Shown here one piece after another: positions 55,531-64,000 of a stretch of DNA of 64,000 nucleotides. The position numbers and the translations under genes were made by a program. The DNA comes from Chitinophagales bacterium (GTDB taxonomy: Bacteria; Bacteroidota; Bacteroidia; Chitinophagales; UBA10324), in the NCBI GenBank assembly GCA_019694975.1, contig JAIBAY010000007.1:73720-137719 (forward strand). Reading direction: 5' to 3'. The notes under the pieces were generated by a model. That model saw only the letters and a list, made by a program, of their open reading frames with translations, had not been told where the DNA came from and made no database searches. Every line of letters begins with the position of its first letter. The first letter of the stretch is position 1.

Positions 55531-55950
55531 TTACTTATGAAGACGATAAAGAATTAGCGCAATTACCCAGGGTAATGTAAAAGCCAGCAATACCCATTTG
55601 AAATCTGATCCTATCATGAAGTTTAGAGCTGTCATAGAGACAATTGAAAAAAGTCCTGCAATGACAACAACGACAAATGCTCCGCGCGCTCGTGTTCGAA
55701 ACGATGTAAAGGCTATGAAAACGGTCAGCAATCCGGCTGTGAAAATGTAACCTCCCATTACCCAAAATACTTTGGATAACCAATTCAAAAGACCGGGAAT
55801 CTGCTCTTGTGTGCTTTCCAAAGTTGATTTCATATATCGCAAATCTTCTGGCAATAAGGGGGGCCGAAGAAAAATGAAGTATAATCCCACACAAATGAGA
55901 AGAAATCCTCCGAATGCCAAAATTATTGCCGAATAGGGTTTATAATTCAT
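55531..55950 (-). CDS. small 4-TM membrane protein of unknown function
   Basis: 139 aa with four hydrophobic segments. Its start overlaps the preceding stop by 1 nt (TAATG), and it ends 5 nt before the ATPase start, so it is part of the operon. Confidence 0.6.
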   Translation of the reverse strand: MNYKPYSAIILAFGGFLLICVGLYFIFLRPPLLPEDLRYMKSTLESTQEQIPGLLNWLSKVFWVMGGYIFTAGLLTVFIAFTSFRTRARGAFVVVVIAGLFSIVSMTALNFMIGSDFKWVLLAFTLPWVIALILYRLHK

Positions 55951-56438
55951 TACAGAGAATTTACCTCAAATTGTTTTTTAGTGTCATTAAGCATGTTGTT
56001 CAAACACCATTTACAATACCAGTGCGCCAGTAAGAAGTAAAGAACGCTATGAAACCATCCACCCGGCGGCGTGTAGTCAATTTGCAGCGAGGCCAGGGTT
56101 CCTTCTTTTGATGGTTCAGTTTTCAAAATCATGCGATACCATCCGAGCAAAATGATTTTTGGTGCTCCGATAGTTTCTCAAACCTTCTCCTGGCTTTCAA
56201 TCCACTTTGTCACTGTTTCAATTATTTCAATCGGCATTCCCATCACTTTCCCCTCCCAATGAAATGTTGCTCCAACACCCTTCGATGGTCCCGGCAATTG
56301 TTCAAGAACCAGTTTGCTGCCCATCATCATCATTGAATTTTCGCGCATGTGCATTCCTGTCTTCGACAAATCATCCATGAATGCGAAAACTTTTTCAGGA
56401 GAAGCGTGAATGCTGATTTGCTTTTGCATTGTTTTCAT
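55950..56438 (-). pseudogene. SRPBCC/START-like protein with a single in-frame TGA (56178-56180)
   Basis: Track ORFs 56178..56438 and 55950..56150 are in the same frame (288 nt apart). The joined reading is ...VTKWIESQEKV-TGA-ETIGAPKIILLGWYRMILKTEPS... Confidence 0.6.
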
Positions 56439-56504
56439 TTCTTCTGATTTTAGATTTTCAGTTTGGCTGAAAAGGACTGAGCATCGATGATGGGATATTC
56501 GACC

Positions 56505-57077
56505 TTATTCATGGGTGGCCTCTTTAATATTTAAAAAATCTATTTCCAACCTGGTCATTTTAGAATAGAAACTCAATTCCATTTTAGTGTCTTTGGAGAG
56601 ATACACTAAGTGGTCAAGTCCGGCCCACAACAAAAACCATCCTGCCGGTTCAAATAATACAAGTAAAAAATGAAGATGGTATTTTTCAGGTTTCATGTAA
56701 GACAGATAACTTGCTGTTAGCATTAAAGCTATGCCTATAACAGTAAATGTGATCCCTTTCCTGTTTGTATTCCTTATATCACTTTTTACGTGCTGATAAG
56801 CATCTTTGAAATGTGAATGAAGTCTTTTAATGATTACTTTTTCGTCCTGCTCCTTTCTTGCCGAAGCCGGTAATAATAGTTTTAAAGACATTTTATTTCC
56901 ATCCTTTGTTTTGGAAAATTTTTGAGCCTGTAGGACAAAATCATCTGATAATGTTCTTTCTGAATATTCGCTTGGGTCAAAAGCAGAAAATATATCGCTA
57001 TAAGAATTAAGCAATATGCTTATCTCCGCATGTTTGAGTAGAGATTGCTTTAGAACGGGATTTATTTCTTTTTTCAT
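56505..57077 (-). CDS. hypothetical protein with a C-terminal 2-TM hairpin
   Basis: 190 aa with a charged N-terminal half, then ITFTVIGIALMLTASYLSY and LLVLFEPAGWFLLWAGL. It lies inside the efflux operon. I did not recognise a family. Confidence 0.5.
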   Translation of the reverse strand: MKKEINPVLKQSLLKHAEISILLNSYSDIFSAFDPSEYSERTLSDDFVLQAQKFSKTKDGNKMSLKLLLPASARKEQDEKVIIKRLHSHFKDAYQHVKSDIRNTNRKGITFTVIGIALMLTASYLSYMKPEKYHLHFLLVLFEPAGWFLLWAGLDHLVYLSKDTKMELSFYSKMTRLEIDFLNIKEATHE

Positions 57078-57084
57078 GATGCAA

Positions 57085-58188
57085 TCACATTTTCATACCG
57101 CCCATCGCGTTGGCTCCATTCTTTAAAACAAAACCGCTGTTTAACAGATAAGCACCGGAAGAAACAACAAGAGCACCTTCTTCGATGCCCGACAGTATTT
57201 CCACTTCCGTTTTATTTTCAATTCCGGTTTTAACCATCCTGCTTTCATACATGCCTGGCTTTGTTTCTATCCAGACTGAAATCTCTTTCGATAGCACCAA
57301 AGCCGATTTAGGAATCACCAATGCTTTTTTCTGATTGCGTTTTACAGAAATCGTTGCCATCATCCCCGGTTTTATTCTACTTGCATTGTTTTGGACAACA
57401 ATTATAACTGCAGCAACTTGTTTGCCGGCATCGAGGATAGGCGGATTCTGAATGATTTGTCCTTTAAAAAGTTCGTCAGGCAATGCTTCAAACTCCAATT
57501 CAATTTCAGGGTTTTGAAGGAGATACGAAATTTCATTCTGATAAATTCCGGCATTCACCCAAATGGTCTCTAATGAAGCAATTTTGAAAAGAGGAGTTCC
57601 TGTTGAAACATATTCGCCCTCGCTGATATTCAATGCTGATAAGTATCCGCTTACATTGCTGAAAAAGGTTAGTGTTGGAGAGGATTTTTTATTCTTTGCC
57701 AATTCATTTATTTGTGTTTCGCTTAAACCCCACAGCAAAAGTTTTTTATGTGATGCCTCCAACAAAGCGTCCACGGTATTCTTTTGCTCTGTAAAATTTG
57801 ATTGCTGTTCAATTGAAAGAAGAAACTCATTTTCATCGGATAGGAGTTCTTCGCTGTAAACAGAGTAAAGTGGCTGCCCCTTTTTTACCTCCTCACCCGG
57901 ATTACGCACAAACAATTTTTCTATTCTTCCATTCACACGCGAATTGATGCTGCTGATACTATTTTCATCAACGGCGGCACTGCCGGTGAATGCTGCTGTT
58001 TCAAAAATGGTTTTGATTTGCGCGGTGTCAATTGCAAGCTGGATTAAATCCTGTTCCTGTGCTGTGAGGTGCATCATGTTATCCATCATGTCCATTCCTG
58101 CATGTTCATCCGTTTCTTGTTTTGGCTTATTGCATCCAAAGAGCAAAAACAGAAGTATTACAGATGATAATTTTACTGATGTACACAT
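57085..58188 (-). CDS. efflux RND periplasmic adaptor subunit (CusB/CzcB-like lipoprotein)
   Basis: Lipoprotein leader VILLFLLFGCNK. VNGRIEKLFVRNPGEEVKKGQPLYSVYSEELL (lipoyl/HlyD_D23 pattern). A beta-barrel and MP domain follow at the C-terminus. Confidence 0.85.
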   Translation of the reverse strand: MCTSVKLSSVILLFLLFGCNKPKQETDEHAGMDMMDNMMHLTAQEQDLIQLAIDTAQIKTIFETAAFTGSAAVDENSISSINSRVNGRIEKLFVRNPGEEVKKGQPLYSVYSEELLSDENEFLLSIEQQSNFTEQKNTVDALLEASHKKLLLWGLSETQINELAKNKKSSPTLTFFSNVSGYLSALNISEGEYVSTGTPLFKIASLETIWVNAGIYQNEISYLLQNPEIELEFEALPDELFKGQIIQNPPILDAGKQVAAVIIVVQNNASRIKPGMMATISVKRNQKKALVIPKSALVLSKEISVWIETKPGMYESRMVKTGIENKTEVEILSGIEEGALVVSSGAYLLNSGFVLKNGANAMGGMKM

Positions 58189-58190
58189 TT

Positions 58191-59471
58191 CTATTCGGGT
58201 TTAATCAAACTTTCGCTGTCGAGCAGGTAACCGGCATCTTTTGCAATTTCGTCCTGTGCAGTAATTCCTGAAATTACCTGCATGTATCCGCCTGTTTCTT
58301 TTCCGACTTTAATTTCTTTTGCCTGTAACATTTTACTTCCCTGCTGCGAACTTTCTTTTTTGAGCCAGACAAATTTTCTGTTGCCAAGAGACAATACAGA
58401 AGAAGAAGGAACTACAAGATATTTTCCGGTTTCTGCAAATTCAATGCTTACGATTGAGTTGACTTTTAAGTTCAACGATTCATTTTTTAGATATACTCTT
58501 GCCTGTAGAAATTTTTGTCCTTCTTTAAATGAAGGTTCCATAAAACTGATGCTTGCATTTATCGTTTCGCCCGGCAGCAATTGACTTTTTATTTTCACCG
58601 GAAGGTTTGGTTTTATTTCCGCGCCTTCATTTGCATCAAAGGCAACAATGGCATACACTTCTTTGCAATCGTTCAGCACAAACAATGTTTGTCCTTTGCT
58701 TACATAATCGCCTTCACTGATTTTTGCACCTGATTGCATTTGATTTGCGGCTATAGATTGTTGTGCACCCTCACCACCGTTCATTCCGTTCATGCCTGAT
58801 GATACAGAAGAAGCATTTTGGGATGAACTATTTTGCTGCTGCGGAAGATCATAAAGAATAAATCCGTCATAGAGACTGTAAATGGTAATTGATTTCAGCG
58901 GTTGTCCGCTTGCTTCAATTTCATTTAATTGCATTACGGAAAGTCCGAGTAATTTTAATTTCTTTTTAGTTGCATCAATTAGATTTGAATCACTTTTTGT
59001 TTTCAGGTGATGCAGGAATTCTTCCTGATAAGTATTTAATTCAGGGCTGTACAACTCCAGCACTTTATCGCCTTTATACACATACTGATAATTGTATTTC
59101 AGATACAGTTTTTCGATTCTTCCGGCCACACGCATTGCAACTTTGTTATTTCTTCTTTCATCAAATGCAATGTATCCGGCAGCATAGATAGTGTCAGAAA
59201 TATTCTTAACTATTGGATGAATGGTTTGCGCATTGGAAATTATCATTTTGTTTGCAGGAGCTAAAACATTCTGAAACCCGGTGTCTGATTTATCTGATTG
59301 ATGATTCATTCCTGACATCTCCTCCGTTTTCATTTCAGGCATGTCCTGCATCGAATTATTTTCATCGCTCTCCTGCTTTTTATTGCTGCTGCAACCGGCA
59401 ATTAAAAAAAGAATGATGATAATATGCAGAACCGTCTTGTCCATTTTATTTTCTTTCAGTTTCAAATTCAT
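58191..59471 (-). CDS. second efflux RND periplasmic adaptor subunit, Met-rich (likely start Met10, ~59444)
   Basis: Lipoprotein leader IIIILFLIAGCSS. Met-rich stretch MQDMPEMKTEEMSGMNH. VAGRIEKLYLKYNYQYVYKGDKVLELYSPEL. An internal low-complexity insert reads SSGMNGMNGGEGAQQ. Confidence 0.85.
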   Translation of the reverse strand: MNLKLKENKMDKTVLHIIIILFLIAGCSSNKKQESDENNSMQDMPEMKTEEMSGMNHQSDKSDTGFQNVLAPANKMIISNAQTIHPIVKNISDTIYAAGYIAFDERRNNKVAMRVAGRIEKLYLKYNYQYVYKGDKVLELYSPELNTYQEEFLHHLKTKSDSNLIDATKKKLKLLGLSVMQLNEIEASGQPLKSITIYSLYDGFILYDLPQQQNSSSQNASSVSSGMNGMNGGEGAQQSIAANQMQSGAKISEGDYVSKGQTLFVLNDCKEVYAIVAFDANEGAEIKPNLPVKIKSQLLPGETINASISFMEPSFKEGQKFLQARVYLKNESLNLKVNSIVSIEFAETGKYLVVPSSSVLSLGNRKFVWLKKESSQQGSKMLQAKEIKVGKETGGYMQVISGITAQDEIAKDAGYLLDSESLIKPE

Positions 59472-60705
59472 ATTCTGCCTGCAGCTTCAATACGCTGTTC
59501 AGCTTATCAAGGTATTCCATTTGCTTCATCAATGTCATATCCCATGCATCGAGCAGTATGAAAAAGCTTCCTGTATTTTGCTTGTAAGCCAATAAGGATG
59601 TTTCCAGATTTTTCTGATACGAGGGAATGATTTCGCTCTCGTAATTTCTCAGTTGTTCTTTTTCATATCTCAGCATGGTAATTTTTTCTGAAATCATTTT
59701 TTCTGCCATCAATTGCATGGTTTCTTTTTCTTTCTGCATGGCTAAAATTTCAAAACCCATTGATTTCACCTCCGACTTATACATTTTTGAAGACCAGGGA
59801 GCAATCGGAATGGTCATCATTCCCATCACAGAAAACTGATTCGGCATTCCGAACATCTGCATATGCTGAGCTTTTAGGCCGAAGTCCGGTCTTTTAAAAG
59901 AGGACATGTAATTCTGATTCAAAGCCATTGATGTGATGAAGCTTTCAATTGAAAGAATATCGCTTCGCTTTAGAGCTGAAGTATCATCAAAAAGGAGTGT
60001 TTCATAATTATTTAATGCTATGCCTGTGTCAATGCTGAATGAAGTATTGATGGCGCGGTTCATCAAAATATTCAATCCGATATTGCTCTCGGCAATTTGT
60101 GATTGCAACATCAATTGCATGTTTTTCAAATCGGCGGTTTTTGCCTGCGCTTTGTAAATGGTGCTCAAGTCGGATTGATTGTATTTGTACCGTTCATTAG
60201 CAGTGGCAATAAAAAGATTAAGCAATTGAACACTCTCATTCACTGTTTTTATTTTTTTCTCTGCTACATATCGCTGGTAATAGAGCAGCTTTGCATTACT
60301 GCGAAGAATATTTTTTGTCCACTCGGCATCATTCTGCTGGACACTTGCAAGAGAACTGATGTAATTTCTTTTGGCATTCAGCTTTCCGCTATTCGGGATC
60401 ATTTGCTCAACGGAAAACATCAACCCTGCCTGGTTCATAGGGTCATCCTTTGAATCGAGCATATTAAAATCATAAGGAAACCTGTCAAGTCCGAATGAAG
60501 CGGTTGGCGGCATCCAGCTTTTTGCACCTTCTGCCTGAGCCTGTATGGATTTTATTTTTGAATCATACATCAGGATTTCAGGATACGATGATTCAATTCT
60601 TTGAAAAATGATTTGCAAACTCAGATGTGTAGTATCCTGAGCAATCAATGATGCAGAAGGAAGCATCAGCAAAACAGCGATAATATGTTGAATTAGTTTT
60701 CTCAT
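59446..60705 (-). CDS. TolC-family outer-membrane efflux protein (CusC/CzcC-like)
   Basis: 419 aa with a signal peptide and two coiled-coil/beta repeats typical of OEP proteins. There is a 4-nt ATGA overlap with the upstream pump ORF. Confidence 0.85.
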   Translation of the reverse strand: MRKLIQHIIAVLLMLPSASLIAQDTTHLSLQIIFQRIESSYPEILMYDSKIKSIQAQAEGAKSWMPPTASFGLDRFPYDFNMLDSKDDPMNQAGLMFSVEQMIPNSGKLNAKRNYISSLASVQQNDAEWTKNILRSNAKLLYYQRYVAEKKIKTVNESVQLLNLFIATANERYKYNQSDLSTIYKAQAKTADLKNMQLMLQSQIAESNIGLNILMNRAINTSFSIDTGIALNNYETLLFDDTSALKRSDILSIESFITSMALNQNYMSSFKRPDFGLKAQHMQMFGMPNQFSVMGMMTIPIAPWSSKMYKSEVKSMGFEILAMQKEKETMQLMAEKMISEKITMLRYEKEQLRNYESEIIPSYQKNLETSLLAYKQNTGSFFILLDAWDMTLMKQMEYLDKLNSVLKLQAEYEFETERK

Positions 60706-62612
60706 TCTTTAATGTCTAACACTTTCAGCTTTCCGTATTTTTTGAGTTCTCTTTCTTTCACTATTTCGTAGATCAGGGGCAGAATTATCAGGGTGAAAAA
60801 GATGGCGGTAATCAACCCGAATACAAATGGAATGGCAATTGGTTTCATTACATCGCTGCCAACTCCTGTTGATGCAAGTATAGGGATCAAGCCAAGAATA
60901 TTTGCAAGGTTTGTCATCAGAATGGGTCGTACGCGTGGGGTAGCTCCGTTGAAAATTGCTGTTCTGAGATCACCGGAAGTGATGCCTGAATTACTATGAA
61001 CCAACTCACCAACCGAATGATTCAGGTAAGCAATCATAAGCACACCTGTCTCCACTGCAACACCGAATAGCGCTATGAAACCAACAGCAACGGCAACAGA
61101 AAAATTTACATCATAGAAATAGAGTGAATAAACACCGCCAACGAGCGCAACCGGAATACCCATGAAAACCATGAATACTTCTTTCGGAGAACGAAAAGTG
61201 AAATAAAGGATGAAACCAATAACGAGAATTACAATGGGGATAATAATCTTTAACCTGTTTTCCGCACGCACCTGGTTTTCATACTGCCCACTCCATTCAA
61301 TAAAATAACCTTTAGGGAGTTTTTTGAACGCTTCATCAATTTTTTCCTTCGCGTCCTTTACTACGCTTCCCATATCCCTTCCTCTCACATTAAATAAAAC
61401 TGTTCCGCGCAATAAAGCATTTTCGGAATTTATCATAGGTGGTCCTTCGTTGATGGAAATATCGGCCACTGCTGAAAGCGGAACCGGACCATACTGTGAA
61501 GTTTGAATCGGAATCCGTTTTATTTCAGAAATATCGTTCCTGAAATCCTGCGCTAAGCGAATGCTTACATTGAATCGTTGTCTGCCTTCGACTGTTGTTG
61601 TTACAATCATTCCGCCAAGGGCGGATTCTATCAGCATGTTTACATCATCTATACTCAATCCATACCGCGCAATTTCCCTGCGGTTGATTTTTATGCTTAG
61701 GTATTTTCCGCCGGTAAGTTGTTCCACATACAAATCAGCAAGACCTTCAACACCCTTTAATGCTTTCTCTACGCGCAATGAAAGGTCATAGATACTGTCG
61801 AGACTTTGGCCGTAAATTTTTACGCCCACATCGGTGCGGATGCCCGTGGAAAGCATGTTGATACGATTGATAATCGGTTGCGTCCATCCGACAGTTACTC
61901 CGGGAATCTGAACTTTCTCATTCATTTCAGCAATGAGCTTTTCCTTTGTCATTTTTTTTCGCCACTGTGATTTTGGTTTGAGGATGACAATAGTTTCAAT
62001 CATGCTGATGGGTGCATTATCTGTGGCTGTGTAAGCTCTTCCGGCTTTCCCTAAAACATTTTCTACTTCAGGAAAACTTTTTAATATTTTATCCTGCACC
62101 TGCAAAATCCGTTTTGCTTCTGAGTTGGAAACATCTGGAAGTGTTACCGGCATCATCAGTAACGAACCCTCATCAAGCGGAGGCATAAACTCTGTACCGA
62201 GATTTATAATCAGTGGAATGCTGCCTATAACAATTGCAGCGCAGATGATGAGAATTGTTTTTTTCCAGTTGAGACAGAAGAGAAGAACCGGAGTGTAGAG
62301 GCGAACGAAAAAATTAGAAATGGGATTACGGCTCTCCGGTATCAGTTTTCCCTTTACCAGGCTCCTTGTCAGCATGGGAGACACTGTGAGGGCAAGAATG
62401 GCAGCGCCAATAAGTGAAAATGTTTTGGTGAGGACTAATGGAGAAAATAATTTACTTTCCTGTCCGGTCAGAAACAGAATCGGTGAAAAAGAAATGATCA
62501 TTATGATTACAGAAAAGAAAACAGAACGGCCAAGGGAAGTGGTCGCCTTCTCCACAACTTTTATCCTTTCCTCGTCTGAAAGCTCCCTAGTATTTGCAAT
62601 TCTCTCCTTCAT
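60702..62612 (-). CDS. CusA/CzcA-family RND pump, C-terminal ~60% (TM5-TM12) as a separate ORF
   Basis: 636 aa, starting MKERIANTRELSDEERIKVVEKATTSLGRSVFFSVIIMIISFSPILF. It is in a different frame from the upstream ORF, with a 4-nt ATGA overlap at 62609-62612. Confidence 0.8.
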   Translation of the reverse strand: MKERIANTRELSDEERIKVVEKATTSLGRSVFFSVIIMIISFSPILFLTGQESKLFSPLVLTKTFSLIGAAILALTVSPMLTRSLVKGKLIPESRNPISNFFVRLYTPVLLFCLNWKKTILIICAAIVIGSIPLIINLGTEFMPPLDEGSLLMMPVTLPDVSNSEAKRILQVQDKILKSFPEVENVLGKAGRAYTATDNAPISMIETIVILKPKSQWRKKMTKEKLIAEMNEKVQIPGVTVGWTQPIINRINMLSTGIRTDVGVKIYGQSLDSIYDLSLRVEKALKGVEGLADLYVEQLTGGKYLSIKINRREIARYGLSIDDVNMLIESALGGMIVTTTVEGRQRFNVSIRLAQDFRNDISEIKRIPIQTSQYGPVPLSAVADISINEGPPMINSENALLRGTVLFNVRGRDMGSVVKDAKEKIDEAFKKLPKGYFIEWSGQYENQVRAENRLKIIIPIVILVIGFILYFTFRSPKEVFMVFMGIPVALVGGVYSLYFYDVNFSVAVAVGFIALFGVAVETGVLMIAYLNHSVGELVHSNSGITSGDLRTAIFNGATPRVRPILMTNLANILGLIPILASTGVGSDVMKPIAIPFVFGLITAIFFTLIILPLIYEIVKERELKKYGKLKVLDIKE

Positions 62613-63889
62613 TCTGCTTTCTTTTTAAGGGCATAATCGGTCAGTGAGCGATATGCATTCTCTGTCATCACAATTGCTGGGTCAACTACATCACCGATTG
62701 CAAGCGCAATTCCACCCAGCGACATGATGTTTGAAGTAATTCCAAAAAGAGACATTAGGATAAAGCCAATCAAAACAGATAGAATGATGGAGATGATGGC
62801 AACTAATCCGCTTCTAAGGTGGAACAGGAAAATGATAACAATGAACGATACAATCAGAATTTCCTGCCATAATGCGCCTTTCAGAGTATCAATGGCTGCA
62901 AGAATAAGATTGCTGCGGTCGTAAACGATTTTGAACTTCACTCCTTCCGGCAAACCTTTTTCCACATCCTTCATTTTTATTTTCACGCGTTCAATCACAT
63001 CTTTTGCATTTTCCCCGTAACGCGACACGACAATTCCCCCCACCACTTCTCCTTCTCCATTCTCTTCTGTAATTCCCAAACGCAAATCACTGCTCATTTG
63101 TACTGTGGCAATATCACTCAATTTGACTGGAATAGATTTGTAGCTTCCCACAGCAATCTCTTTGATGTCCTCAATGTTTTCAATATAACCAAGTCCCTGC
63201 ACCATCAATCCGGCATCATTGAATTCATATAAACTTCCACCCACATCTTTGTTATTTGCTGAAACAGCTTTGGCAACATCCATCATGGGAATGTTGTAAT
63301 ACAAAAGTTTGTAAGGGTTAATTGAAACCTGGTACTGTTTCTGAAAACCTCCGAACGAAGCCACTTCGCTCACACCTTCTACGTGCTGCAAAGCAAATTT
63401 TATATACCAGTCCTGCAAGGCTCTCAGCTCACCAAGATTGTAATTGGGTGCATCAAGGGTGTACCAGAACACATGACCAACCCCTGTTCCGTCAGGACCA
63501 AGTGACGGAGTGATTCCGGGAGGTAAAAACTTCTGCGCATAATTCAATCGTTCCAAAACACGGGTGCGTGCCCAGTAAATATCCACATCATCATTAAACA
63601 CAACGAAAATGAAGCTCATGCCAAACATGGATGCTGCGCGAATCGATTTTATTTTTGGAATGCCCTGCAGGTTCGATACCAGCGGATAGGTAACCTGGTT
63701 CTCCATGATTTGAGGATTGCGTCCCATCCACTCTGTAAAAACTATCACCTGGTTCTCCGATAAATCAGGGAGTGCATCCACCGGAGTTGTATAAATTGAA
63801 TAAACGCCACCCACAATAATCATGACTATTCCTACCCACACAAGAAAGCGGTTATGAATTGACCAGGAAATTATTTTTTCAATCATCAT
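62609..63889 (-). CDS. CusA/CzcA-family RND pump, N-terminal ~40% (TM1-TM4) as a separate ORF
   Basis: 426 aa with MIEKIISWSIHNRFLVWVGIV... and GGIALAIGDVVDPAIVMTENAYRSL (TM4 proton-relay region). 426 + 636 = 1,062 aa, the normal size of one CusA/CzcA chain. Confidence 0.8.
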   Translation of the reverse strand: MMIEKIISWSIHNRFLVWVGIVMIIVGGVYSIYTTPVDALPDLSENQVIVFTEWMGRNPQIMENQVTYPLVSNLQGIPKIKSIRAASMFGMSFIFVVFNDDVDIYWARTRVLERLNYAQKFLPPGITPSLGPDGTGVGHVFWYTLDAPNYNLGELRALQDWYIKFALQHVEGVSEVASFGGFQKQYQVSINPYKLLYYNIPMMDVAKAVSANNKDVGGSLYEFNDAGLMVQGLGYIENIEDIKEIAVGSYKSIPVKLSDIATVQMSSDLRLGITEENGEGEVVGGIVVSRYGENAKDVIERVKIKMKDVEKGLPEGVKFKIVYDRSNLILAAIDTLKGALWQEILIVSFIVIIFLFHLRSGLVAIISIILSVLIGFILMSLFGITSNIMSLGGIALAIGDVVDPAIVMTENAYRSLTDYALKKKAE

Positions 63890-64000
63890 TCTATGAGTAA
63901 AATGTTATAAAAACAACCACTCCTGCATTCACAGCGTGAATTGATGTGAAATTATTCGATTGAATTTTTTCAGCGTATGATGTTTATCATAGTCTTGGTT

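Larger units (their letters stand above)
52025..64000. mobile_element. left part of a tRNA-Lys-targeted integrative genomic island carrying metal-efflux genes (extends beyond the window)
   Basis: A tRNA 3' fragment is followed directly by a tyrosine integrase. From ~52.1 kb the DNA is visibly more A+T-rich than the preceding 52 kb. The cargo is a P1B ATPase and a CusCBA/CzcCBA-type operon. Confidence 0.65.

Noticed and set aside
50600-56180. The possibility that the in-frame TAG/TGA/TAA codons reflect stop-codon reassignment or selenocysteine/pyrrolysine recoding.
   Set aside because: TGA, TAA and TAG all terminate well-conserved genes elsewhere in the window, for example TGA at 1711-1713 and TAG at 14714-14716. 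All three stop types occur in one gene. I saw no SECIS-like hairpin. Pseudogenisation or sequencing error is the simpler explanation.

Overview
This 64-kb window looks like a Bacteroidota chromosome segment, based on type-A T9SS C-terminal sorting domains, a Bacteroidetes-type tyrosine integrase and tightly packed operons. All coordinates I read by eye are good to a few nt.

Layout:
- 0-5 kb: housekeeping genes, namely a truncated lipoprotein, msrB, a translationally coupled pair of family-2 glycosyltransferases, an SDR oxidoreductase and 3-hydroxyanthranilate 3,4-dioxygenase.
- 5.3-34.1 kb: a cell-surface protein locus. It holds a 796-aa T9SS cargo protein and a stand-alone GIY-YIG nuclease gene. 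It also holds a 1,947-aa T9SS protein containing ~24 tandem 153-bp (51-aa) repeats, and one uninterrupted 19.4-kb ORF encoding a 6,471-aa modular protein that ends in a dockerin-like pair instead of a T9SS domain.
- 34.6-36.4 kb and 44.2-45.2 kb: two arrays of a double-hairpin intergenic repeat family in inverted orientation. The left array carries a second GIY-YIG gene. Together the arrays bracket a pyruvate:ferredoxin oxidoreductase operon (PFOR, a GltD-like Fe-S flavoprotein and a dihydroorotate-dehydrogenase-like protein) and a CBM20/DUF4440-like gene.
- 45.3-51.7 kb: PBP1C, a large CarboxypepD_reg-type outer-membrane protein, and a Tat-signal aminotransferase gene with three in-frame stop codons.
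- ~52.03 kb to the window end: a 42-nt 3' fragment of tRNA-Lys(CTT) followed by an integrase marks the edge of a visibly more A+T-rich metal-resistance island. The island carries a CopB-like P-type ATPase, an SRPBCC gene with an in-frame TGA, two membrane proteins of unknown function, two tandem RND adaptors, a TolC-like gene and a CusA/CzcA pump split into two ORFs.

The most unusual items are the giant surface-protein locus and the hairpin-repeat/GIY-YIG arrays that flank the PFOR cluster as inverted repeats.
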